NCBI GenBank assembly: GCA_037442105.1
Contig: JBBIQV010000008.1
Span: 1 to 64,000 of the forward strand
Source of the DNA: Nitrospiraceae bacterium
GTDB lineage: Bacteria; Nitrospirota; Nitrospiria; Nitrospirales; Nitrospiraceae
Direction: 5' to 3'
DNA length: 64,000 bases
Within the stretch, counting starts at the first letter, position 1; the number at the start of each line of letters is the position of its first letter. This document shows, one piece after another, positions 46,691 through 56,196 of the stretch. Below the pieces are notes generated by a model. It did no database searches, was not told the origin of the DNA, and saw nothing but the letters and a program-made list of their open reading frames with translations. Position numbers and translations under genes: made by a program.

Positions 46691-48177
46691 CTTTTGCCGG
46701 GGCGAGGGATCCTATGAGCGAGCCGATACACTTTTGCCTCCACAAACAACTCAAAGAGATGTGAATCTATCTTGCCCTGCGCCGCCTTCTTACCTAGGAT
46801 TTCGAGCGCTTGTCCGGTCGGCACGGCAGCCTTATAGGGACGATCCGACGCTGTCAGCGCATCGTAGATATCGGTGATCGTCATCATGCGGGCCTGGACG
46901 GGAATCTGGTCACCGGCGCTCCGCCACGGATACCCCGTTCCGTCGAGCTTCTCATGGTGATGCGAGGCAATCAGGGGTACGTTCTGGAGAGACTTGGTCC
47001 ACGGGATCTTGGACAGGAAGTCAAAGGTGTGGGCGACATGGCTTTCTATTTGAAGCCGCTCATTGGGTGTGAGCGTGCCTTCCGGGATCGATAGTGCGGT
47101 CACTTCCTCTGTCGTGAGAAAAGGCTTCGATCCCTCGAACGAGTCGTAGCGCAACCGAGCGATTTCACGGATTCGCTCAATCCCTCCTGCCGGCAAGACA
47201 TTTGGCCGGTTGCAAGTCATCAGAAACGCATACATTACATCAATGTCCTTCATCCTGTGCGAGAGTTCTCGATCCAGTTCCTCTAGCTCCAAGGTGGCGT
47301 CTGCACGGTCCCTGGATTGAAGAATCTCGATCTTGCGCCGCAGCGTGCTCACTTCGAGGGTACGCTTGATGAAGTCGAACCGCGCCTTCAGAAGCGCGAC
47401 ATCGCCCGGGTAGAGCTTGAGTTCCTTGACCAGTACGTGCTCGCGGACGCCCACCTTTCCAAAATCATGCAACACAGCCGCGTAGCGGATCTCTTTCATT
47501 TGATCCGCATTGAACCTCACGGCGGCATAGGGGCCCCGATCCACACGATCGACCACCTGGGCCAGTCGGCAGGTCAGGAGGGCGACGCGGTTGCTATGAC
47601 CACTGGTCGTCGGATCACGACTTTCGATCGCCTGTACGCTGGCGGAAATAAATCCCTCGAACAGACGGTTGATCTCTTCATACAGGTTGGCGTTTTCGAT
47701 CGCGATCCCGACTTGATGGCCGAGCGCCACGAAATTCTGCAGGTCTTCCTCTCCGAAGAGCCCGCCGTTCTTCCGGTTGATGGCTTGCAGCACGCCGAGG
47801 AGTTTCTCGCGCGCCTTGACCGGCACACAGACCATATTGCGAGTGACAAATCCGCTTTTGTGATCCGCCTTGCGCCAGAAGCGCGGATCGTGTTGGACAT
47901 CGTTGACGATGACGGGCTCCCCTGTTTTCGCCACGTATCCGGCAATGCCTTCGCCCAGTTTGAGACGAAACTGGCGGACCGCCTCCCCCTTGTCGCCCAA
48001 GGCCACTTCGAAATACAGCTCTCCTGCCTCCTCATCCAATAGCAACAGAGAGCCGGCCTCGGCCTCCATCAGCACGGTGGCGGCATCGATAGCCCGTTTT
48101 CTGATTTCAGCCTGGTCGAGGCTGGAATTCAGCAGCGCGCTGATCTCCTGGAACTTGCTGAGAGTGCGATCTTTCAT
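46678..48177 (-). CDS. GAF plus HD-GYP phosphodiesterase
   Basis: GAF (GEGIAGYV, NRKNG..F..ED); SRDPTTSGHS, LHDFGKVG, HHEKLDGTGYP, DIYDALT..DRPYK. Confidence 0.92.
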   Translation of the reverse strand: MKDRTLSKFQEISALLNSSLDQAEIRKRAIDAATVLMEAEAGSLLLLDEEAGELYFEVALGDKGEAVRQFRLKLGEGIAGYVAKTGEPVIVNDVQHDPRFWRKADHKSGFVTRNMVCVPVKAREKLLGVLQAINRKNGGLFGEEDLQNFVALGHQVGIAIENANLYEEINRLFEGFISASVQAIESRDPTTSGHSNRVALLTCRLAQVVDRVDRGPYAAVRFNADQMKEIRYAAVLHDFGKVGVREHVLVKELKLYPGDVALLKARFDFIKRTLEVSTLRRKIEILQSRDRADATLELEELDRELSHRMKDIDVMYAFLMTCNRPNVLPAGGIERIREIARLRYDSFEGSKPFLTTEEVTALSIPEGTLTPNERLQIESHVAHTFDFLSKIPWTKSLQNVPLIASHHHEKLDGTGYPWRSAGDQIPVQARMMTITDIYDALTASDRPYKAAVPTGQALEILGKKAAQGKIDSHLFELFVEAKVYRLAHRIPRPGKSYAA

Positions 48178-48360
48178 CTACCAGTCATGTCTCCATGAAA
48201 CCTGGCGAATCTCTCGTTAAGTCTAGCAGAAAGCCTGTAAATTGCTTCTGAATCAGCGAAACTTTTCCGAGCCAAAATGGATTGGCCAAGGCGGGACTTT
48301 CGAGCAAGAAGGAAGAAGGAAAGCGAACGACAACGTGCCTTGGAATGCAGGCGAGACAAA

Positions 48361-48436
48361 TGGAGCTGGCGAGAGGAATCGAACCTCCAACCGGCGGTTT
48401 ACAAAACCGCTGCTCTGCCGATTGAGCTACGCCAGC
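48361..48436 (-). tRNA. tRNA-Thr (anticodon TGT)
   Basis: Reverse complement GCTGGCGTAGCTCAATCGGCAGAGCAGCGGTTTTGTAAACCGCCGGTTGGAGGTTCGATTCCTCTCGCCAGCTCCA, 76 nt with CCA. Confidence 0.97.
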
Positions 48437-48476
48437 CAGTCATCATCATTATTTTGAGGGAGGCGAAAGCAGCGTG

Positions 48477-48505
48477 AACCTAACAAGAGCCCCCTCGCCT
48501 GTCAA
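48477..48505 (-). promoter_or_regulatory. Sigma70-type promoter of tRNA-Thr
   Basis: TTGACA-17 nt-TAGGTT on the minus strand. Confidence 0.6.
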
Positions 48506-48700
48506 GCCGCGGGGGCTCTTCTGTCAAGTGTCCGTGTCTGTCGCTTGAATAATCGGCGAAATACTATTATAAGCTGCGTTCAGGACAGCTCCTGGCCTGA
48601 ACGGGTCGGTCTCCATGCCGGAAGCTGACTTCTACGGTATGCACGTCCACTGCAGTTTTGATTAAACCTCACGTATTGGGGGCGAGCGGGGAGGAAGATC

Positions 48701-50113
48701 ATGAGCCAGTCCCATGTGCTAGTGGTCGATGATGATCCCGCAGTCCGCGAGGTCTTGCTCGAAACCCTCACCAATGAAGGGCACCGAGTAACGGTGGCGG
48801 TCGATGGTCCTGCCGCGATCCAGGTGGTCAAAGAGACGCCGGTCCAAGTGGTCGTGACCGATCTGCAACTTCCTGGGATAGATGGTCTCGAGATCTTGGA
48901 CCGCGTGTCTCGGCTCGATTCAAAAATCGTGACGATCGTCATGACCGGCTACGGCACGATCGACTATGCGGTCCGGGCCATGAAGGCCGGCGCGTTCGAT
49001 TTCATCACGAAACCGTTCGAGCCGGAGACGGTCGCCGTCATCGTCAACAAGGCGTTGGAGGTGCAGCGCCTTCGTCAGGAAAATCATCTACTGCGGAAAG
49101 CCGTCCGCGATCAATACAAGCTGGAATATTTGGTCGGCACCAGCGAACCGATGCGGCGCGTGCTCGAGTTCGTCGAGAAGGTCGCCGATAGCGACAGCAC
49201 CGTTCTCATTCAGGGAGAGAGCGGGACCGGCAAGGAACTTGTCGCACGAATGCTGCACTTCAACAGCTTACGCAAAGATCGTCCGCTGGTTCCTGTCAAC
49301 TGCGGAGCTATTCCGGAAAGCCTGCTCGAATCCGAGTTGTTCGGCCACGAAAGGGGCGCGTTTACCGGCGCGGCCCACACGCGCATGGGGCGGTTCGAGT
49401 TGGCGCACGGCGGGACGGTCTTTCTCGATGAAATCGGCGAGATGAGTCTGGCGCTGCAAGTCAAGTTGCTGCGCGTTCTGCAAGAGCGGTCGTTCGAGCG
49501 GGTAGGGGGGACACGAACGATCAACGTGGATGTCCGAATTATCGCTGCCACCAATCAAGATCTAGAGTTGGCCGTGCAGGAGAAACGCTTTCGGCAGGAC
49601 CTGTACTACCGCCTCAACGTCATCCCCATCACGATTCCACCGCTGAGGGAGCGACGGAGCGACATCCCGTTACTGGTCGATCATTTCCTTGCGATATTCA
49701 ATCGCACCAAGCAGACGACTATCACAGGGTGTGATCCCGGTGCGATGACGCATCTTATGGAATATGCGTGGCCGGGGAACATCCGTGAGCTTGAAAACAT
49801 GATCGAGCGCCTCGTGGTCCTGAAAAAGTCCGGATCCATCGGCGTGTCCGACCTCCCGGAACGTCTCCTTCAGCGCACGCCGGCGCCGGAAGAGCCCAAA
49901 GAACAATTCATTCGATTCAGCGACCAGGGCGTCAATCTGACGAAGGAACTCGAGCAGTTCGAAAATCGACTCATTGTCGAAGCGCTCCGCCAAGCCAACG
50001 GGATCACCAGCAAAGCGGCCCAGTTGCTCCAACTGAACCGCACGACGCTCGTCGAGAAATTAAAGCGCAAAGGATTCGATCCCAAGGTTCACGGTTATCC
50101 CATCCAGCACTGA
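48701..50113 (+). CDS. Sigma54-dependent response regulator, FleQ/FlrA-like flagellar master regulator
   Basis: REC, GESGTGKE, VNCGAIP, GAFTGA, HTH AAQLLQLNRTTLVEKLK; heads the flagellar cluster. Confidence 0.88.
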   Translation: MSQSHVLVVDDDPAVREVLLETLTNEGHRVTVAVDGPAAIQVVKETPVQVVVTDLQLPGIDGLEILDRVSRLDSKIVTIVMTGYGTIDYAVRAMKAGAFDFITKPFEPETVAVIVNKALEVQRLRQENHLLRKAVRDQYKLEYLVGTSEPMRRVLEFVEKVADSDSTVLIQGESGTGKELVARMLHFNSLRKDRPLVPVNCGAIPESLLESELFGHERGAFTGAAHTRMGRFELAHGGTVFLDEIGEMSLALQVKLLRVLQERSFERVGGTRTINVDVRIIAATNQDLELAVQEKRFRQDLYYRLNVIPITIPPLRERRSDIPLLVDHFLAIFNRTKQTTITGCDPGAMTHLMEYAWPGNIRELENMIERLVVLKKSGSIGVSDLPERLLQRTPAPEEPKEQFIRFSDQGVNLTKELEQFENRLIVEALRQANGITSKAAQLLQLNRTTLVEKLKRKGFDPKVHGYPIQH

Positions 50114-50142
50114 CGGTCACCAGCCGTTTCCTCTCAATCCCT

Positions 50143-50187
50143 GTCAATCGTTTGACCAGCACGGTGATTCCGTGTCGAACGGTTGAC
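50143..50187. promoter_or_regulatory. Tandem enhancer (UAS) palindromes GTC(A/G)-N6-TGAC
   Basis: GTCAATCGTTTGAC (50143) and GTCGAACGGTTGAC (50174), 31 bp apart, upstream of a sigma54 promoter. Confidence 0.65.
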
Positions 50188-50260
50188 AGCCGTCACGTCA
50201 CGGAACCGCTCGCGACATCGTTTTCTACCGCATTTCGAGCACGTTTTCTCCAACTGGCAG

Positions 50261-50276
50261 GGGCACAAAACTTGCT
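50261..50276 (+). promoter_or_regulatory. Sigma54 promoter of the TPR-flrB-flrC-flg/fli operon
   Basis: GGGCACAAAACTTGCT = GG-N10-GC with GGCAC and TTGCT. Confidence 0.75.
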
Positions 50277-50293
50277 GACCCCTTCGTGTGCCT

Positions 50294-52450
50294 ATGGGAA
50301 TCATGACATTCATCTGGCGGTTGCTTGCCTGTCTGTCGACGCAGATTGTGCCGTTCTATATCGCCAATGCAACTGCCACTGCTACTCCGCCGGCGACACC
50401 CGCCTCCGCGAACGCCGCGCCGGCACGCCTTGTCACAACGCCCCAACCATCGTGGGGTGCAATGCCCGATGATGGGCCACGCTACGATCCGGCTCTGCAG
50501 GGGCAAGATGCGCTGCAATTCCAGGAGGCGCTTGCTGCATTCAAACGTGGGCAATACGTCACGGCGCGTGAAGGATTTAACGCGCTCGCTAAGCTTTACC
50601 CGCAAAGTTCGCTGGTCCCGACGACGTTGGCTTTCTTGGCCGACCTGACGGTGTTGGAGCAGCCGACCGGCCGTGGACGGACGGAGGCCATCAATCAATA
50701 CCGCGTTCTCATTCGAACATATCCTAAGGATGCGAATGCCTCGCGTGCAGAATGGCGGATCGGCGATCTCTATGTCGAAATGGGATGGTTTCATGAAGCC
50801 AAAGCCGCGTATGAGCATGCCTTGTCGCGTGCCGCACAACGTCACGACGCCGACCGAGCCATGCTGGGGTTGGGGTTCACTTTCATCGCGCTGGGGAAAT
50901 GGACGGAAGCGGAACAGACGTTCGACGCGATCCGCAAACGTACCACCGATGATCGTGTGCTTATGCGGACGACGCTGGGCCTCGCCAGCGCGTTACATTC
51001 CCAACATCGCAAGTGGGAGGCGCAGCCGCTGTACGAAATGCTACACCGGCGGTGGCCGGACTTCCTGCGAAAAGACCCCGATGGGCTGCTGCGATACGGA
51101 GATATTCTCTTTGACGCAAACCGGCCGCAGCAGGCCCGCGAAATCTATGCCCTCCTATACAACCTCTATCCCTCGCACAAGGATGCCGGCAACGCATTGG
51201 TTCGTCTTGGGGACAGTTGCCACCAGTTAGGCCTCCGGAGGCACGCTGAGCTGTTTTACCTCGCCGCACGGACGCAATACGCAGGCACTTCGGCCGAGGC
51301 GATCGCACGCATGCGGCTCGCAAAGATGGAACAAGAAATCGCCGTCTCGGCCGGAGAGGAACTCTTGAGGATGAAGGTCGGGGGCATAATCCGTGGCGCC
51401 GCCTCGTCCTATCTGGAGTCACCTGAACTCGAACATATTTACGAGGCCATTGCCGAGGAGCACGAGCATGACGTCCTCGGTAGCGAGGCGATGTTCCATT
51501 TGGCGGAGCATCATGAGCTGCGCGGTGATTGGATGGGCGCCACCCAGACTTATCAAGATGTCACCCGGCGGACCGGCCTGGTCCAGCGCGACCCATGGCC
51601 TCGCGCCGCCGGATTACGCCTGGTGACGATTCTGAAACCCTGGCTCGAAGCCGCGCTGAAAGCCCACGATGATTTCAATGTCGTTATGATGTTCCATCGG
51701 CACGGACAGGTCCCGGAACAATACTACGCGGGAACGGACCTCTTGTTGCAGGTCGCCGGCGCACATCGCCGCCTGGGGTTTGCCGCCGGGGCCGCACATT
51801 TGTACCAAACTTTGGTGCGCGATGTGAGAGCGGTGATCTTGCATGAAGTGGCCCTCATCGGTCTGGGCCTGAGCTATTTGGACCAACGGGATCCTGTGGC
51901 GGCGAGGAAAGTGTTCGAGCGTTTCCGCCTCCAGTATCCCCTGAGTCCATATTCCACGCTTGTCTTGCGCCAGTTGACGGCGGCGATGTTGCAGCAGGGA
52001 GATCGAGCGAGCGCTATTCGGCTGATGCGGCAGTGGCTGAAGCTCCACCCACGCGATCCTGAACGAGGCTGGATGCAGGTGGCGCTGGCGAGAACCCTGG
52101 CGGAAGATCGGAAAACCGAGGAAGCGGTTGCGGTATTTGAGGAGGCCTCCCGCAACCAAGTGTTACGCGCTCATAGCGACCTCCTCCTTTTTGCAGACCT
52201 CCTGACGACGCTCAAGAAACATCACCGGGCCGTGGACCTTTATCAGCGCGTACTGATCTCAAATCCGGAACCGGAGCAGGCCGAATGGGCGCGTCTGCAA
52301 ATCGTCCGAAATCTGGCCACACAAAAACGGTATGGACCGGCGCGGGCCGTGCTGTTGCCCGGCGCGGGATCCGGCGATCCACTCCTGCATCGCGCGACGG
52401 CGGTCATTCAAACCAGCCTCCGCACGACCACCGAGAAAGAAGGAGGATGA
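50294..52450 (+). CDS. Exported TPR-repeat protein in the flagellar cluster
   Basis: Signal-like N-terminus; many TPR-like helical repeats (YP....A..A...IGD.Y); start 50294 or 50303. Confidence 0.85.
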   Translation: MGIMTFIWRLLACLSTQIVPFYIANATATATPPATPASANAAPARLVTTPQPSWGAMPDDGPRYDPALQGQDALQFQEALAAFKRGQYVTAREGFNALAKLYPQSSLVPTTLAFLADLTVLEQPTGRGRTEAINQYRVLIRTYPKDANASRAEWRIGDLYVEMGWFHEAKAAYEHALSRAAQRHDADRAMLGLGFTFIALGKWTEAEQTFDAIRKRTTDDRVLMRTTLGLASALHSQHRKWEAQPLYEMLHRRWPDFLRKDPDGLLRYGDILFDANRPQQAREIYALLYNLYPSHKDAGNALVRLGDSCHQLGLRRHAELFYLAARTQYAGTSAEAIARMRLAKMEQEIAVSAGEELLRMKVGGIIRGAASSYLESPELEHIYEAIAEEHEHDVLGSEAMFHLAEHHELRGDWMGATQTYQDVTRRTGLVQRDPWPRAAGLRLVTILKPWLEAALKAHDDFNVVMMFHRHGQVPEQYYAGTDLLLQVAGAHRRLGFAAGAAHLYQTLVRDVRAVILHEVALIGLGLSYLDQRDPVAARKVFERFRLQYPLSPYSTLVLRQLTAAMLQQGDRASAIRLMRQWLKLHPRDPERGWMQVALARTLAEDRKTEEAVAVFEEASRNQVLRAHSDLLLFADLLTTLKKHHRAVDLYQRVLISNPEPEQAEWARLQIVRNLATQKRYGPARAVLLPGAGSGDPLLHRATAVIQTSLRTTTEKEGG

Positions 52451-52454
52451 CGTT

Positions 52455-53756
52455 ATGAGCGTGCACTCTGCGCCGGCAATCGCCGACACCGACTTGCTGC
52501 AGGAAGCCTTTCGCAGCTTCGATGACGCTGCGGCAACCCTGCAACATTCCTATCGTGCGCTGACGTGCCGGTTGGAGCAGTTGGACCTCGAACTCGCGGA
52601 CCGCAACGATGCGCTCCGCCGGAACCTGCGCGTGAACGACGAATTGCGCGAGCATCTGACGGCGATTCTGGAATGTCTCTCGACCGGCATTCTCGTGACG
52701 GACGGGGAGGGAACGATCACACGCTGTAACCCGGCCAGCGAGCAGCTCCTTGGACTGACGCGTGACCGGATCGTGGGGCAGCCTTTGGCAACCTGCCTTC
52801 GGGAAGCGCATCTGGACGGTGACGGCTATCCTTTGTCCACCAAGACCGGCGCTGTTGTGACCCTGAGCCAGAAGGGGTTGCGGAATGCAGAGGGACACCC
52901 ATCGGGAGGCCTCACGTTGATCCAGGACGTCACCACGGTCCGACAGCTCGAGGATCGCCTGCATCGCCGCAACCGCTTGGCAGCCATGGGGGAGATGGTC
53001 GGGCGAATCGCTCATGAAATTCGGAACCCGCTCGGCAGCATCGAGCTGTTTGCCTCGATGCTGCGTCGCGATTTGAAACACGAACCGGCACTGCGGAGTT
53101 ACGCGGAGCATATCTCGTCGTCCGTCCAGCTTTTGAATCGTCTGCTGTCGAATCTCCTGCTCTATACCAAACCCGACTGTTCGCACGCAGAGTGGCACGA
53201 GACGGAAACGGTGATTCTCGACGCACTGACCCTCGCAGCCCATGCCATTGCCAAGGCCCGCATCGACATCCGCCTCCAGGTCGATCCAGCCGCATCGCTG
53301 ATCTGGTGCGATGCAAGCCAATTGAAACAAACGCTCCTCAATCTGATCTTGAACAGCGTCCAAGCCATGCCCGGCGGCGGCACCCTGACTTTCTCTGCGA
53401 CGCTGGGGGAGGAACGACCTCCGCTTGGGCCGAGCCTGCGTCTCTCCGTGGCGGACAGCGGTGTTGGAATCTCCCTCGCGCATCGCTCGCGGATATTCGA
53501 TCCATTTTTCACGACCAAGGACGAAGGTACGGGGCTGGGATTGGCCATCGTTCATGCCATCGTCGAGGCCCATCGTGGAAGGATCGACGTCGACAGCACG
53601 CCCGGTCAGGGTACGACGTTCACGATGATATTTCCGTTGAACGGTTCCAAGTCATTGAGCGACTTCCAGCCGCCATCCGCCTCGCAACCAGGCACGGACC
53701 GGAGTAGGACCGCGAATCCTGTGAGTCTGCGCCTAAAAGAGGAGTTGACAGTATGA
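52455..53756 (+). CDS. PAS histidine kinase, FlrB/FleS/FlgS-like
   Basis: LQEAFRSF..A...L..SY..L N-terminus, PAS, RLAAMGEM...AHEIRNPLG, FDPFFTTK.EGTGLGL. Confidence 0.9.
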   Translation: MSVHSAPAIADTDLLQEAFRSFDDAAATLQHSYRALTCRLEQLDLELADRNDALRRNLRVNDELREHLTAILECLSTGILVTDGEGTITRCNPASEQLLGLTRDRIVGQPLATCLREAHLDGDGYPLSTKTGAVVTLSQKGLRNAEGHPSGGLTLIQDVTTVRQLEDRLHRRNRLAAMGEMVGRIAHEIRNPLGSIELFASMLRRDLKHEPALRSYAEHISSSVQLLNRLLSNLLLYTKPDCSHAEWHETETVILDALTLAAHAIAKARIDIRLQVDPAASLIWCDASQLKQTLLNLILNSVQAMPGGGTLTFSATLGEERPPLGPSLRLSVADSGVGISLAHRSRIFDPFFTTKDEGTGLGLAIVHAIVEAHRGRIDVDSTPGQGTTFTMIFPLNGSKSLSDFQPPSASQPGTDRSRTANPVSLRLKEELTV

Positions 53757-55168
53757 ATGAGGGCGAACTCGTATCCCTGCCGCCCGACTCCGGGTCGGAG
53801 CGGAAGCAGATCCTCATTGCCGATGACGACCCTTCCATGAGAGCGGCGCTGGCCGAAACCGTCCGGCGCCTCGGCTACGATGTTCAGCTTTCCATGGACG
53901 GACAGGACGCCCTCGAACGAGCTGCCAAGACCAAACCCTGGCTTGTTCTGACCGATCTCAAGATGCCGCGTCTCGGAGGACTCGATCTCGTGAAAGACCT
54001 CAAACGACGGTCGCCCTCGACCGTTCTCGTCTTGATGACCGCCTACGGCACGGTCGAAACCGCCGTCGAGGCCATGAAGTACGGCGCCAGCGATTACCTT
54101 CTCAAACCCTTTTCGACCGACTTGCTCGAGCGTGTCATCGCAAATCTTCACAGCGCAACGCCCGACGACCCCCCTCAAGCCGGCTTCACCTCCGGAGAAC
54201 AACGATCCATTCTTTCTCAAGACCCCGGCATGATCCGTCTGTTGAGCACCATCGAAGGAGTGGCGGCCAGTCAGGCCACAATCATGATCAGCGGAGAAAG
54301 CGGCACAGGTAAGGAACTCCTTGCCCGGTTCATTCATAGCCGCAGCCCGCGCGCCCATCGCCCGTTTATTGCCGTCAATTGCGCGGCGCTGCCGGATGGT
54401 CTGCTCGAAAGCGAACTCTTCGGGTACGAGCGCGGTGCGTTCACCGGTGCCGTCATGCGCAAGCAAGGGAAGTTCGAGATGGCTCATACCGGTACCCTGC
54501 TTCTGGACGAAATCAGTGAAATGAACCTGGGACTCCAGGCCAAGTTGCTCCGTGTCCTGCAGGAACGCGAGGTAGATCGGGTCGGGGGGCGGGAACCGGT
54601 GACCGTGAACATTCGCGTCATTGCCACGACGAATCGGTCGCTGTACCGGGAAGTCGAGGCGGGCCGATTCCGCGAAGACCTGTTTTACCGGCTCAACGTG
54701 TTTCCCGTCACAGTACCCCCGTTGCGAGAGCGATCCTCCGACATTCCGTTACTGGCGAGGCATTTCGCCAAGGCCACGGCCGCACGCAATGGCTTGCCCG
54801 CGCCGTCCATCTCGGATGCAGCGTTGGCCAGGCTCCACGAGCGTCCGTGGAAAGGGAATGTGCGCGAATTGGAAAACGTAATGGAGCGGGCCGTCCTGCT
54901 GGCGACAGGCGGCATGATCGCGCCGGAGCATGTATCCGAAGATACTGTTGCGCCGATTACGGTCCGGCCGGCTGAGGGTCAGACTTCTAGTGGAACCGGC
55001 AACGGCTCATTATGGGAAATGGAACGGGAATTGATTTTTCAGACCCTGGCGCGCACCAAAGACAATCGGACCCACGCAGCGAGAGAACTCGGCATCAGCA
55101 TCCGTACGCTGCGCAATAAGCTTCGGGAGTACCGCCAGCACGAAGGACAGGTGATCGGCAGAGATTGA
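53753..55168 (+). CDS. Sigma54 response regulator, FlrC/FleR/FlgR-like
   Basis: REC, GESGTGKE, GAFTGA, NRTHAARELGISIRTLRNKLREY. Confidence 0.92.
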   Translation: MNEGELVSLPPDSGSERKQILIADDDPSMRAALAETVRRLGYDVQLSMDGQDALERAAKTKPWLVLTDLKMPRLGGLDLVKDLKRRSPSTVLVLMTAYGTVETAVEAMKYGASDYLLKPFSTDLLERVIANLHSATPDDPPQAGFTSGEQRSILSQDPGMIRLLSTIEGVAASQATIMISGESGTGKELLARFIHSRSPRAHRPFIAVNCAALPDGLLESELFGYERGAFTGAVMRKQGKFEMAHTGTLLLDEISEMNLGLQAKLLRVLQEREVDRVGGREPVTVNIRVIATTNRSLYREVEAGRFREDLFYRLNVFPVTVPPLRERSSDIPLLARHFAKATAARNGLPAPSISDAALARLHERPWKGNVRELENVMERAVLLATGGMIAPEHVSEDTVAPITVRPAEGQTSSGTGNGSLWEMERELIFQTLARTKDNRTHAARELGISIRTLRNKLREYRQHEGQVIGRD

Positions 55169-55232
55169 TGGGCGTGGCCGGCAATTCTTGCCCGGGGTGG
55201 GCATTTTCGGGAAAAGCGAAAGGAGCGAGTGC

Positions 55233-55640
55233 TTGAATATCTTCGACAAAACGATGGGACTTATCGAGCGCACCCTCGATCTCCGGAGCATGCGTCAGCG
55301 CCTGATCGCCTCCAACATCGCCAATGAAGAAACGCCCGGCTACCGTGCCACCGACCTGCACTTCCAGGACGCCCTCTCGGCAGCCACTCGAGGCCGTCTG
55401 CCAGTCAATCTGGCCGTCACGCACGGACAGCATATCGGCCCACGCGGGGCGGGGATCCGGCAAGTGACTGGCCGCGTCGCCCAGGTTCCGGCCGGCGATC
55501 TGCCGCTCGATGCCAACTCGGTCAACATCGAGCTCGAACTTGCGAAACTGTCCGACAACGCCATGCAATACAACGGCGCCGCGACCATCATGGCCATCCG
55601 GCTACGCCAATTGCTGAGCGCGATTCGAGATGCGAGGTAA
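55233..55640 (+). CDS. flgB: Flagellar basal-body rod protein FlgB
   Basis: RQRLIASNIANEETPGY, D.NSVNIE.E; TTG start after AGGAG. Confidence 0.93.
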   Translation: MNIFDKTMGLIERTLDLRSMRQRLIASNIANEETPGYRATDLHFQDALSAATRGRLPVNLAVTHGQHIGPRGAGIRQVTGRVAQVPAGDLPLDANSVNIELELAKLSDNAMQYNGAATIMAIRLRQLLSAIRDAR

Positions 55641-55731
55641 GTGAAGCGGATAGCAAACAGCGGATAGCGAACAGCGAATAGCGTAAGAGAGTTCTTGCTT
55701 CCAGCTATTTGCTGCCGGCTATTCGCTCATC
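55641..55731. repeat. Heptamer foldback element, TAGC/GCTA subtype, between flgB and flgC
   Basis: gtgaagc|ggatagc|aaacagc|ggatagc|gaacagc|gaatagc, a 14-nt spacer, then gcttcca|gctattt|gctgccg|gctattc|gctcatc. Confidence 0.9.
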
Positions 55732-55744
55732 AAGGAGGACCTTT

Positions 55745-56194
55745 ATGGACATGACCGACAGCATTGCGGTTTCCGTCTCCGCGTTGGACGCCCAACGACG
55801 CCGGCTCAATGTTATCGCCAGCAATCTGGCTAACGCGCAATCGACACGAACCGAGAGCGGCGGACCCTATCGCCGTCGCGACGTCGTGTTCCAATCGTCT
55901 CCGGTCGGGAGTCATTTTCAGCAGGTTTTCCGGAAGATCGCCACGGGGCCCACTGCTCACGCCCTCGAAGGCGTCCGCGTCTCGCGGGTCATCGAGGATT
56001 CCAAACCGGGCCAGGTCGTTTACGATCCGCGTCATCCGGATGCGGATGCGAAGGGCTTCGTGCGGTTGCCGAACGTCAACGTGATGGAAGAAATGGTCAA
56101 CATGATCGGGGCGTCCCGCTCGTACGAGGCGAATGTGCAGGCCATCAACGCGACCCGCGCGATGTGGAACCGCGCGCTCGAAATCGGGAGGTAG
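55745..56194 (+). CDS. flgC: Flagellar basal-body rod protein FlgC
   Basis: RLNVIASNLANAQSTR, GGPYRRR, YDPRHPDAD, PNVN..EEMVNMI.ASRSYEAN. Confidence 0.96.
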   Translation: MDMTDSIAVSVSALDAQRRRLNVIASNLANAQSTRTESGGPYRRRDVVFQSSPVGSHFQQVFRKIATGPTAHALEGVRVSRVIEDSKPGQVVYDPRHPDADAKGFVRLPNVNVMEEMVNMIGASRSYEANVQAINATRAMWNRALEIGR

Positions 56195-56196
56195 CC

